A DNA stretch of 63,899 nt, filler included, from Ministeria vibrans ATCC 50519 (lineage: Eukaryota > Protista > Filasterea), in the NCBI GenBank assembly GCA_943704425.1. It is 4 parts of 4 records of this genome, joined end to end, with 100 filler letters (N's around TTAATTAATTAA, not from the genome) between each part and the next. Parts side by side here need not be neighbours in the genome. Positions count along the whole stretch, not along the records: positions 31,319 to 62,433 come from CALSCP010001755.1; positions 62,534 to 63,899 come from CALSCP010002831.1; 2 more parts are not named here. One strand, 5' to 3'. Position 1 is the stretch's first letter. Each line of letters opens with the position of its first letter. The notes beneath the pieces are model-generated. The model ran no database searches. It had not been told where the DNA came from and worked only from the letters and a program-made list of their open reading frames with translations. Positions 50,351 to 62,586 of this stretch are shown piece after piece. Made by a program: the position numbers and the translations under genes.

Positions 50351-51896
50351 ATGCAATCGCGCGACTTCGCCCCAACCGAATCGGGCTTCTTCTACTTCGA
50401 GAACGGCGCAAACGGGGCTCTGACAGCCACGCTGGACGTCACGGGTGCGGGGCGCCTCGACCGAGCGTCGGTGGTTGAGGCGGCGCGACGGACGCGCAGT
50501 CGGCATGCGATGCTGCGCGTGCGGTCGACACAGCGCACCGACGACGTGTGGCAGCTGGTGGACGACTGTGAACGCGACGTTGAGCGTATGGTCACCTACG
50601 AGCGCTTCGACAGCAACGCAGCAGCGCAAACGGAGCGTGTGCAGCAGCTGGTGGCCGACTCAAACGAACGGTGTGCCACCACGGCGCCACTCGTCGAGTT
50701 CTCCCTCATTGCCAGCGACGATGCCGCCACCGTCGTCGTCTACCTGATGCACACCATTTCAGATCTACAGGGACTCGTCGTCACCACGATGGACTTTGTA
50801 CAGGCACTCGACGACGTACTCGCAGGGCGAGACGCCCCTGCGACCGACCCGCTCGCCTATGCCGACTCCATCCCACCCCCTCTCTCGAAAACTCTCTCGT
50901 GGTACCTCCAATCATGGTGGCACATTCTATGGCAGCTCACCACGTTGCGACGCTACATGCTCGTCGTCAAGTCGCTCCTCACAAGCGGCCTCTCCTTCTC
51001 CACCGCATCCGAGCGCGAAACTCACAAGATTGAGCCGTCGTTGTCGCGCACCGCCTCCCTCGTCTACACTCTGCCTCTCGAACCCCTTCTCGCCAAATGC
51101 CGCGTAACGCCTCCAACACACACACGCCACAACGATGCACACACACTCAGACGCACATACACACACAGTCATACACTACTCGCCTTTGTAGCTGATAACC
51201 TTCCCATCCTCTTGTTTTGTTCGGTTTTTTTTTTAGGCTAACGGGACGACGGTGCAAGGGGCGCTTGTCAGTGCCTACACACACGCACTGGTGCGCTCCC
51301 GTATCGAAGAAAAGGTCTCGCTCACCACATCCTCACCATCGTCGTCTGTGCTTGCCGTGCCTTTGAGCACCACCGTCGACGCGCGGCGCCACCTGCCGTC
51401 GCCCCTGCCCGCCCGCACCGTCGCTTACTGGAGCTCAGGCATCACTGACTCGGTCGACGTCGATTGTGCGCCCCTCCGCTCCTCAGACACTCCCACTGCC
51501 AGCGCCTTCTGGTCGGTGGCTCGTGATGCCCGCGCACACATCACCGACTTTGTCGTAAACCATCGCTTCGGTGGCCTCACCGCCTTCCTCGACTGGCTCG
51601 GCTATCCGACCATGCGCAACATTGCTAGGGGCTTCGAAAGCAATCCTTTCAGCATGACCATCGCGAACGTCGGCTCGGTGCGCCCCGTTGCGCCCCTCAC
51701 CCACCTCCGCGTCGCTCCAAACACCCCACTCAACGCATATCACGGGCTAGCGTCCATGCGCGACTTTGCCCTCTCCCTTGTTACCGGATTCAACGGCATC
51801 CTCTCCATCGTCGTCTGCTTCCCCTCTCCCGCCGTCGACGCCACTCGCATCGAGCGCCTCATGAGTCACGCTATCCGCTACCTTGAAGTCCTCTGA
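50351..51896 (+). CDS. CoA-dependent acyltransferase (condensation/PapA5/alcohol acetyltransferase-like), 2 exons
   Basis: RHAMLRVR, catalytic HxxxD (MHTISD), LLAKCR|ANGTTVQGAL, VDARRHL, FWSVAR, TIANVG. Confidence 0.75.
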
Positions 51897-51934
51897 AACA
51901 TTATAATTAATTACACTCACGTACAATACACATG

Positions 51935-52680
51935 CTAAACGGGCTCCATGATGAGGGGCGACGGACACCACCAAAGATGCCAGAGACGCACTGCCCGCAA
52001 TGGCGGCACAACGAGTGTGCGACGACTGTGATCGTGACACGCAATGCGCTGCATTTGTGAGCAGTTAGGACACTGCGGAAGGAACTGTTGTTTGGGCAGT
52101 CCGTAGAGCCATGAGTGCGACACGCGCACCAAGCTGCGCGGTGGAACATGGTCTGAGATGAACTTGGCCGGTCGCGTTCCGCACGAATGACACCCGTACT
52201 TACGCCCCAACCGCTGAATGGCGCTTCTAGTCTCCCAGGCAGCATAATCCATGGTGGCCGGAAGAGACTGTCGCGCAAACGCTCCCGCGCTGAAGAGATC
52301 GCTGGGCGCAACACTTCGAAATTTGCCGCCGACCAACAAAAAGGCCAAAGTGCTCACAATGACGTCCGAAAGCACTTGGTCGCTGCGTAGCCCCTCGGCG
52401 CACGTCAATCGCCCCACCTCCACCGCAGTCTCCCACCGCCAGCCGCCTCCAGTCTCGGTGTTTAGCTGCAGCAAAGCGCGCGACATTCGAAAGGCATTCG
52501 CCGCAGCAACACCAGAACTTGCCACCACAATCGCTCCGAAAACGGGCACTACACGCATCGCCGTGCCCAGCCGCAATCGCTTCAAGACGTGTTGACCCAA
52601 CCAAACACTGGCACGGAAGGTCACCGCACCGCACAGCCACGCGGCCGGTGTGGTGCCCAGCGAGAAAACCGTCGTCTCAA
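51935..52680 (-). CDS. Hydrophobic protein with C-terminal CxxC-DH-CxxC (HNH-like) domain; start uncertain
   Basis: FRSVAPSDLFSAGAFA..IQRLGRKYGCHSCGTRPAKFISDHVPP..QQFLPQCPNCSQMQ. Confidence 0.6.
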
Positions 52681-52859
52681 TCGTGTCAAAAAAAGTAATT
52701 ATTAATGAATAATCGATCAGTGGGACGAAAAGTCATTGATCACTGCAATCGCGCTGAGGATAATTAAAATTCCAACAATGATAATAAAAATGACTATAAT
52801 ACTATTATTATTTTATATTCTAATATTCTTAGTTTGGTACAATAATACGTCAATGTTTG

Positions 52860-55800
52860 TCACCATCGCCTCGATCCATCTCGCGAATCTCTCCCTCCTC
52901 CACCACCACTCTCGCTCCACCTCTCTCGACTTCGCTCCCCACCGCCACCGCTACTACTACTTCCTCCTCCTGCACCGCTCTTCGCATTGAACTCGTCAAG
53001 GTGCGTACCCGTCGAACGACGCTTCGTTGTCAGACTCGCCCAGGCCGGCTTCTTCCTGTCACGCACCGCGTCACTCTCGCTCGGCCGCTTGCGACTCATC
53101 CGATCTCGATCCCGATCTCGCTCCCGCTCCTTCTCCTCCTCCTTCTCCTTCTTGCGCGTGTTTCGCTCCCGCAGCATCCGCACATGCGCTTCCAGTTGCT
53201 CCTTTGCTTCGTCGCTCGTCACAAAGTCTTCACACATCGCCGGCCGCGAAATCTTAATGGCAAACTCATTGCCTTCGTCCACAAGCAACTCATTGGCATC
53301 CATCGCTTCGCCACCACGCACCGCCAGCACACCCACCTCGTCGTCCATGTCCATCACCGTACGACTCCGATACACTTGATCGAGCGTGCGCGTACTCACT
53401 TCAACCAGTCGAAATTGCGACACAACCGACGACGCGGTACCATCCGACGACGACAAAGAGCGCGCCTCCACAAGAGCGCGGTGCACCCGATGGTCGTTGC
53501 GCGACCAGGCACCCCCTTGCGATATACTCTCAATCAACGACTCATACTCACGCGCCTCGCCCGCCGAGAACACCTCACGAACGACCACACTCAAATGTTG
53601 CTGTCGATCCGTCAGGCCAGACTGCGACCAGCGCACAAGTGTGCGCACAGCCGCCACTCCAAGACGCACGGTAGACACACAGCCTGTCGAACTCGAGGGA
53701 CTCGCCACGTGCATAAGGTCCTCTTGGCTCTCAAGAAAACACTGTAACAACTCAAGCAGCCAGCGCAGCGCCACCCGACGTCGCGACTGCTCCACCTTGA
53801 GATCGCGCGCACGCTCTGCCTCCGTCAACGTCCCCCCAGGCGCTCGGTCCAGTGGCAGACGCCACGTGTCCGAGAGCGCACCGCTTGCGGGCTGTGCACT
53901 CAGACGCTGCAGCACCATGTAGACGGGACCATATTTCTCGTCATCCGCAGTCTTGGGTAACAGTTGACACAACACCTGTTCGGCCGTGACCCGACCCAGT
54001 TGCAGGCAGCTCACCAACAGCTGAAGCGAACCCGACACATTGCCCCACGGCAAAGTGCGTCCCAGTCGTGGAATGTGTAGGTACACCAAAACCTTGTGGC
54101 ACACAAAGGGCGCACAATCATCCCGCAGCAGAAACACCAGCTCCTCCTCCTCTTCCACCACCACCTCCTTGTCCTTCTCCTCCTCCATCGTCGTCGTCGT
54201 CTCCCCTCCCCCCCCAGGTTTGTTTTCGTCGTCGTTGCGCACTCTCATCTCAAGGAACACGCGCAGCAGGTCGAGAGCACACCGCACCGCACCATCGTCA
54301 ACGTCGGCCCTCGTCACAGCACCCTCTACCAGCGAAGCAAGCTCGCTCACAAACAAATCGCGCGCAGCCAACACCGCCGCCGCACCCGTGGGCACACGTA
54401 CAATGCCCGTGAGCACGTGAAGCACTCGACAAACCTTGAGACGGTTAAAGGAGGTTTTGTGTGGCATGACGCGCGCCGTCATCGCCACAAACGGTGTTAC
54501 TGTGCGCTTCGCAAGCGCCGGCGATAAATCCACCAGCTGTGCACAGACACGTCGAAGGGCAATGTTCGCCTGTTCGCTGCACGTTCGCATCACATTGGTG
54601 ATCATCTTCTCAAAGACAAACATCAGCGGCTCCAACAGGGTCGCCATGTCGTCGCGCCAGTCCTCGCTCGCGTGCACCAACGCACGCGCAAGCCACACAT
54701 CCGTGTCGTCATTGTCGTCCGCGTCCGCTTGACACCACTGTTCCGGGCGACGCGGCCACACTAGTCGATCGTCGCAAGCCTCTTCGTACGCGAGGTTCGG
54801 CAGCGGCAGCGGCAGCGGCAACAGGTCGCTGAGAAGCGACAGGCTCGGAACCACATTGCGCGGCACATCCTCCATCTCGCTTAAAATCACCTCAATCGTG
54901 TTCTTCTCCCATTCCTTCTTGTGTTTTAACGTGTCAATCGCACGATAAGCCACGGGCATGGTCGAACCAGTCAAGGCCGTCGAAGACGACGCTCCGCCGA
55001 CCGAAATCGAAACGGCAGCAGTAGCAGTAGTAGCACCAGACGCGGCAGTCGACGACGACCCCAAACGGCCACGACGCGCCACCGACGTCTTCTGTTGCTT
55101 CTTCTTTTTCTTTTTCATCTTTTGTGTCTCCTCACTTTTTTTCTTCTCCGCCTCGTCCTCTCCCATCGTTGTCATCGTCGCCTGGCTCGCATCCATTGTT
55201 GCCTCGTCCTCTCCAAATCCCTCATCACCCTCTTCTTCCTCTTCCTCCTCCTCCTCCTCGTCCTCCCCTTCGCCCGCACCCGTCTCTGCTCGCTCCATTG
55301 CCTGATCGATTTCCATTGCCATTGTGGAGCGGTCAAGAATCCCATCCAAATCATCATGATTGAGATCATCATTAGCGGCAGCAGCAGGCGCAGCAGCATC
55401 ATCGATTACCACTACCGCTGCAGACGAACACAACGACCCTGCTGCCCCCGCCGCTTCGCCTTCAACACCCTCTCCCGCGACGCTCATCGCATTTCCCATG
55501 ACTGTCGCATCAATGGATGCATTCAAATCCGTGCTGCTACTACTTGCTAGATTGGATGCGGACGAAGGTACGTCAGGTTCACTCGTCTTGGCACCCCCGC
55601 GAATCGCAACAATATCACCCGCCACGAATAGTCCCAGAAGAGACACGACGGTGCGACGTAGCAACAGAGCGGACGACATAAAACCAGTTGTGGGCACCGT
55701 TTGGCCAAGAGCACGCCACGAAAAAAGTGGCTGCATTTCTACGGAACGATACAGCTGCGTAAGCACCGGCACAATGCGACAGAGTTGTCCACGAGGAGAG

Positions 55801-58800
55801 TTTCCATTGGCAACAATCGGAGCGAGGGTCTGCTCGAGAAGACGCACAATGGGCACGGCCACCTGCTCAAGAAGCTGCTCAGCCGGCTCACCCGTCAGCA
55901 CCATATCTTCAATGGCAGTGGCAATCGAACGCAACACATTGGTCATGCGCATGACGAGTGTCAGGTCTACCAAAGGCGCGACACTCGTCCACCAGCGAGG
56001 TCGTAACATCTCTTCAATGGTCAGCGCCACTTGAGGTGTCATTATCTCACGTTGTTGCAGTACCATCCCGAGCGCATCACGCAGACGGTCCACAAGTGTC
56101 TCGGCTGTGACCGTTGTCGTCGTGGCCGTGTCAATAACACCAGTCGGGCGCACGCGCAAACACTCGATGGCATCGATCCATCGTCCCGCCAGCACCACAT
56201 GGTACATTCCTTGCACATCATCCAGATGACGCTCGTCCACCACGTCCTCGTCCTCCTTCGCCATGGCACTCGAAGACGACGGCGTCTTCGTCGTCATGTT
56301 CACAAGGGCGTACTGGGGCAGGCTCTGTGCAAAATCAATGACATGACGCCGCAGCGCCACAGGCCAGGAGCGCACTAGTGCCGACGCTTCGAGACGACAA
56401 ACCACAGTTGACAGGAGCTCGCGCGCCACGACCGACAGCGTGGACTGTAGATGATCATCGCCGTTCGACGACGGATCGCCACTACAAGCAGCCTCAATGA
56501 GCCACTCGGCAAGAGGAAGACTCTGAGCAACCGCAGCCACAACGGCACCCGCAGCAGTTGGCAACGACAACACACGAGTGACATTGCACAGACGTTCGGT
56601 GTATTGCTCGTGCGCCTGACAAGCGGCGTGAAGCTCGGCGGCGACTACAATGTGACAGCGAAGCAAAGCGGCAAGCTGGTCGGGCGGACAGGCGGTGTCC
56701 AGGCGACAGGCAATCCACTGAGAGAGAGGTCGTCGCATCAACAAGGGTGCCTGTAGCCCGCTGTGTGTGTCACCAGTCTCAGAGTCGGCATACTCTCCCG
56801 TCTCGTCATCGTTGTCGTCGTCCGTCGACATCATGTTCAACAGAGCGGCATGCAGCAGCATGGTCGCAGACGGATCGCTCGTGAACACGCGCATACCATT
56901 GCGTGTCGCCAACAGTGCAATCACAATACGGCTTGTGAGTGCGTAGACACGCGCGCGTAGCTCTGGTGGACACTCGGTCTTGAGAAATTGACTGAGGCAC
57001 GCCAGAGTGCGGCAGTCCACCAGCCATTGTAGATGACCACGCCAGGCAAGGTTGCCATAAAGACGGATAGGTGGCGCTTGGGCGGCGTAGCGACGTGCTG
57101 TGTCACGCACATGAACACCATGAGGGAGCCACGAAGCACCACTGTCAGGTGTTTCGTCATTGTTATCGTAGGGGTCGTCGTCGGATTCGCTGCTGTGAAG
57201 AAGCGATTCAGCGAGAGAAGCGAGCGAGTCGACGCGACTCTGCGGTGATTCGTCCGAAGAAGTCGACGAGAAAGAGCTGATGTGAAGGAAAAGATTGCAG
57301 TCGGCGACCAAACTCGCAACGTGATGAGTGATACTCACGTGCGGTGACGCCTCGTCACCGAGCAGAGCCTCGACCAAGCAGGCTGGTCCATCGAGGGCAA
57401 GAAACGTTGCCATAGCGCCCCGATCGCTCGTGATGGCCGTACGCAGCACACGCAAAATATCTACAAAGAGGGCGCGACGCCACTCGTCCGGGTCACCCAA
57501 CACAAGATCGAGCATGCACCGATAAAAGTCTCTGTTGGTGAGAAATTGACAAGCCAAGGGCTGCACCGTGTCCGCCTGAAAAGCGCCATCAAGCAGGGCA
57601 AAGGTGGCGCGCAAAAGACGCAAAGGGGACACCTTGCGAGGCAACAAAATCATCCAGGGAGTACCCTCCTCAATGAGCTGCATGACAAAGTTGCCAAGAG
57701 GCTCGAGTGCGTCGTCGTCGGCGGCTAGCATGACAAGTGTCGATTTGCACGCAACAAACGAGTCCAGGAGCGACTCATCAAAGATGCTCCAGTCGATCGT
57801 GGGCAAAGAGAAGAGCCGCGATCGTAACAATTCCATTTGATCCAAAGTATTTGCAACCCCTTGGCCATCGTGTGGGTGTGGAGGATGCTATAACGCATTC
57901 ACAATAAAAATAATGTTATTATATTATTATTAGTATATTGTTAAAAACACCAAAAAGGAAGTGAAATGTGGATACACTTCGATACCTGAAAGACGGAAAA
58001 GTCACAGTCGAGTGGTGCGGATGGCAGTGAGGTGAGACTGTCGAGTAGATTAAACGGTAAACAGGGGTCATCCTTCATAAAGAGAGAAAAAAAGTAGATG
58101 TACTGCAATGAATTTTGGAAAGATTTAAAAAATGTATGACGTACGGGCTCGACAAGCGTAGCTTCGACTTCGGCAATAAAGCCATAGACACACACGGAGA
58201 GGGCACGGTACTTGCCCCCGAGCACAATGTGTTCCGTCACAATCTGCACGAGTTGTGATACGTATTACAACACATTCAAAGAGGAACACACAAAAATGAG
58301 ACAAAATCAACTCAGACAGACACGAAATAGACACCACAAAATAGACATCACAAAATAGACAGATAGACACGCAAAAAACAAAACAAAAAAAAAACAAAAA
58401 GGAAACGTACATCGGTCTTGGTGGAGACGACGGTGGTCTCGCGGGAGCAGTAAGAGAATGAGGAAGACGAGGTGTCGGCGCTCAGCAGATTGAAACGAGA
58501 TGGATCTTGCGCCAACAGGTTCTTCGCAAAGAGACGCAGCTCAAACTTCGACGGGTTTGTTGAGCCAACAAAATCCTCCGAGTCACGCTCGCCTTGGTCA
58601 AGCACCTTAATCTACATGAGAAAACAATTTGTGTAAATAAACCCCTGTCACAAAAACGTCGAAGACGAGGTCGCAATGAGTAAAGAAGAAGCCATTTGGC
58701 GAGCATGTGGGCCAAAGGAACGCACAAGGAAACGGCACAGGGCGAGTGGTGTTGACTTGACAGACGACACGATGTGGACATCTGACGTTTCGTGTTCGCA

Positions 58801-59149
58801 AAGGGCGAGACACGGGGCACGGCAGGGTACGTCAGACACACTGATCACCCCCCAGGTGTATACGACACTCAATTGGCCAGCGAGAAGAACACGCCACACG
58901 CTGATGTGGCGAGACAAGAGCGCGCGCGCGTCACGTCGCAACGCCGCGAAATGAAGGAAAAAAAAAAAGGAAGGAAAACGTATCGCTACTCACCTTGGTG
59001 ATGACGACGGGCCGCTGGAATTTGATGGCATCCATTCGTTGACCCAGCGCACTGTCTTCGAGGGCAAAGGCATCGTCAGCCGCGACAAATGTGTCCCAAA
59101 ACAGCAGAAGGGGCTCAGACTGTGTCGCCTCGATCGCCTCTGGGTCCAT
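52860..59149 (-). CDS. VIRMA: Virilizer (VIRMA/KIAA1429), m6A writer scaffold, multi-exon
   Basis: VIR_N-like exons LLFWDTF..MDAIKFQRPVVIT..GSTNPSKFELRLFAKNL..VTEHIVLGGKYRALSVCVYG; long helical body; C-terminal RRSTGTHLDEF resembling RPPSMHVDDF; RG/RS tail. Confidence 0.8.
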
Positions 59150-59681
59150 CGCGCAGCACACCTGGCAGCAACCGCGCACACTTGCTGTTCTCCAATTGAG
59201 TCAAAAAAGACACCAAACGTACGCGCTCAAAGAAACTGTTAAATGAATGTTAAATCAGTTGAAGATACTTGAAGTGCACACAAGTTTCGTGTGCACTCTT
59301 AAAGAGTATAAAGCACGAAAGAGATATTAATCATGATGAGTTTTTTTCTTACAAGTTACGACTGGAGCACATCGATCGACGAGCAGAAGATCAGGAGATT
59401 TTACGCAGAACTTACACTATAACACAGTTTTATAGAACTGCGAATCACAAGAAGGGCGCTGGCCACAGGCAGGGTGCGGACGTTGACACGTTGACCCGGT
59501 GACAGTCACTCGACAGAGTCGACGTGTTGTTCACTGTTCAGTGAGTGAATTGCACGCTCGCAATATCACTTTTGATGAGTGACTACTGTGAGTCTGTGAT
59601 TGTTGAACCGTTGTTCTCATTAATCTCATATTTTTTTCACGTTCCAAACGCGTTTTTGAAACGCCTGCAGCCAAGCGCGCA

Positions 59682-61285
59682 ATGGACGAAATTGACGACG
59701 AATTTGACGATCTTTGTGATGACCAGGATGCTCTAATGGCGCTCATGGCCAACGTGGAGCAGGCTGGGTTCGCCTCAACACCTTCGACGTCAACGACTGC
59801 CAGTTTGAAAAATACCGACGGCGCTGCCGCCGCACCACCGCCCTCCAAGGTCCCTCGTTCACCAAGTGCCTCAGATAGTGCTGTGCCGCCACCCGTATCA
59901 CCGAGCGCTGCTTCAAAGCCAGTCCCCGAGCGAAGATCACCTCGCCTTTCGGCGGGCACTCCAAACAGTCGTCTCCCACCACCCAAGAGCACAGCCACGC
60001 CGTCGCACAAATCGCCTCGTCGCTCCCCAAAACCACACACGCCTAGACGGTTTCCTGGTCCAGCTGGATCTCTTCCACCATTGGTACCCGTTAGTGTCGA
60101 GAGAAGCAGCTTTTTTTTTTTTGTGCGTGTTCGAAACTGATCAATTATATTCTTCAATTGTTTCAGGGCTCTGGATTCAGGTCGTTGGACGAGATCAACA
60201 AGAAGATTGGCCAGCGTCAACGCGACGTCAATGATGAGTCTAATAGGAGTGATCCCACCGTGCTATCAGCAGACAATCACGAGTTGGAGCAGGGTGCTTG
60301 GCTGAGAATGAAACGCGAGATGGATGGTAGGATTGTGCGTGAGAGAAAGGAAATTCTCAACTCAAATCCGCTCGATACCACACACATATATAGACTATGG
60401 TGGGGTTTGTATTGATTGATTTCTGTTTCTTGTCATTCTCTTGTAGTTGGGGGCACGCTGCGAAAGCAGCTGGAACGCGAGGGCATCTTCAACGTCAACG
60501 CGTTGACCGTCGACTGTATCATCCGACAAGGCTACCAACGCAAGGTGCCTGTGCTTGCGGTATACGTCAAGGCATTTTCTCCGACTGAATCAGACGCCCG
60601 TGTCACTCTGAAAGACCAAACTGGTACACAACTGCGAAACGATTGAACTTCCAATTTGATTAGAGTGCTCATCTCATGTACATGTTTTTTTTTTTTTTTT
60701 TTTTTTTTTTTTTGGTTAGGTGAGATATTTGGAACGGTCCATCAAGGGGTACTTGTGTTGCACGAACATACGCTACGAACGGGCTCGGTGCTGGTGTTGC
60801 GGCAGCTATCAGTGTTCCGTCCTAACGCCAAAGCACACTACTTGAACATTACTCCGGAGAACATCGTGCGAGTGTACCCACCCGACGACGACACAGACGA
60901 CGCCACTCTGAGTCAGATGCGGCGGTCGCAGCAGTCGATGGAGGAGCAAAAACGTCGACACGCGCGAAGAAAAAGTGAAGAGGCACTGGAGCGTCGCAGA
61001 AGGGAAAAGGGGAAGCAACCGCGGAAGAGACCGGTTAGCGAAGCAGAGCACGAAGGGAAACGACACAGAGCAGAATCACCAGTAGGGGGAGCAAGAGGGC
61101 TCGAAAATGGAAGGGAGCAAGAACAATGGAGCAATGGGGCAGAGAGGCCGGTGCGAGGAGCAAGGGAGAAGGAGGCAGTGGAATCGGAGGAAGCGGGTAC
61201 GAGTGCGGCGGATGCTGATGAGGAGGATTACGACCGGCTTTGCGGACAGATTGACTTGGCAATGCTTGAGGGAACGTCGCAGTAG
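59682..61285 (+). CDS. HROB: HROB/MCM8IP (DUF4539 OB-fold), multi-exon
   Basis: RRFPGPAGSLP; KVPVLAVYVK..DARVTLKDQTG|EIFGTVH..GSVLVLRQLSVFRPNAKAHYLNITPENIVRVYPPD. Confidence 0.88.
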
Positions 61286-61709
61286 CACGCGTAGAGGGGA
61301 ATAGAAAAGGAGGGCGGGGATGCAGTGTGTGCATGTAGTGTGATATATATATTAAATATGATGTACTACAAAAAAAAAAAGAAAGCAAAAAAAAAGAACG
61401 AGGAAAAGTCGGTCAAGTTGTAATGTGCTATTGGGGGTTGTTTAGTTTTGAGTGTTGTTTCTTTTGGATAAAGCACATTAGGCGGACCGACTCGATAAAC
61501 AGATCGCCTAAAGTGCTATGTATAACTGGTGTCTGTCTCACAGTTTTCTGTGAGATTTCATCACGATGACTCATGACTATACGCGATTGATGAAAAGCAA
61601 AAGTATCTAATTTTTGAGATATAAAAACAAAGAGACAACAGAAAAAGAGTAGAGCGTAAAGACTCACTGAAGAGGCGCAGAATAACACAATTAATGAGAA
61701 TAGTGTTTC

Positions 61710-62319
61710 TTAGACATTGATTGCGATTGACGCATTTTCTTTGGCAGACAGCCTCACTTTGATTCCGCTGAAAACACGGCCCATTGCCTCGAAGAGAGGA
61801 TCGACCATAAGACGCACAACAACACGGTAAATGCCCAGGGTTGGGCCCAGAAGGAGGAAGGTCACTGCGTAGAGAGGAGAAGAGGGTGAGCGATCGTACT
61901 ATGTGTGTTGATGTGTTTAGGGTTTACCCTTTGCACAGGGAGCGAACATGAACTTGTTGAAGAACATGACGGTGGCAATCATGATGCCCCAGGAAAAGGC
62001 AAGAGCCCAGCCGCAGATGAGAGTGAGGAAGAAGAGCACTTTTGAGAGAGAGAGAGGGAGAGGAGAGAGAGAAATACAAACATGTGAGCAAGGGCTGCGA
62101 TTGTGTTGATATCAATCTTACTCCCATCGCGCATGAGCACGTAAATCTGGCGGTTGCACTGCTCAACAGTAGCAACCGTCTTGGTTTTGCGCGAGTCAAT
62201 GAAGACCGCCTCGTACTGGACCTGTGGGAGAGAGAGCGGGAGAGAACGAGGGATGAGAAGGAAGTGGGAATGTCCCTTTCGCTTTACCTTAATATCGTTG
62301 ACGCGGAGGCTGTAGAAGT
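61710..62319 (-). CDS. Caveolin homolog (4 exons visible, 5' end missing towards gap)
   Basis: Exons 62319-62288, 62221-62122, 62038-61928, 61864-61710 splice to FYSLRVNDIKVQYEAVFIDSRKTKTVATVEQCNRQIYVLMRDGMLFFLTLICGWALAFSWGIMIATVMFFNKFMFAPCAKVTFLLLGPTLGIYRVVVRLMVDPLFEAMGRVFSGIKVRLSAKENASIAINV*; near-colinear with CAV1 (..ALIWGI..VPCIK..DPLFEAVGKIFSNVRINL). Confidence 0.85.
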
Positions 62320-62433
62320 CTACGATAAGAGAGTTACGTGTCGGAGTTGAGTATGGGGATCAAAGCAAAGAGCGGAAACGGCGCGAGTAGAGGAGGCGCG
62401 TGGCGGGAATGTTTTTTTTTTTTTTTTTCTTTG

Positions 62434-62533
62434 NNNNNNNNNNNNNNNNNNNNNNNNNNNNNNNNNNNNNNNNNNNNTTAATTAATTAANNNNNNNNNNN
62501 NNNNNNNNNNNNNNNNNNNNNNNNNNNNNNNNN
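62434..62533. other. Artificial scaffold spacer N44-TTAATTAATTAA-N44
   Basis: Same 100-bp structure as at 17605. Confidence 0.97.
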
Positions 62534-62586
62534 TTTGTTCGTTTGTTTGTTTGTTTGTTTGTTTGGTTTTTTTTTTTTTCTTGTAG

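Noticed and set aside
52857-57840. Many plus-strand ORFs opposite VIRMA (and similar shadows over other genes)
   Set aside because: Antisense shadows of GC-rich coding exons with no recognisable motifs
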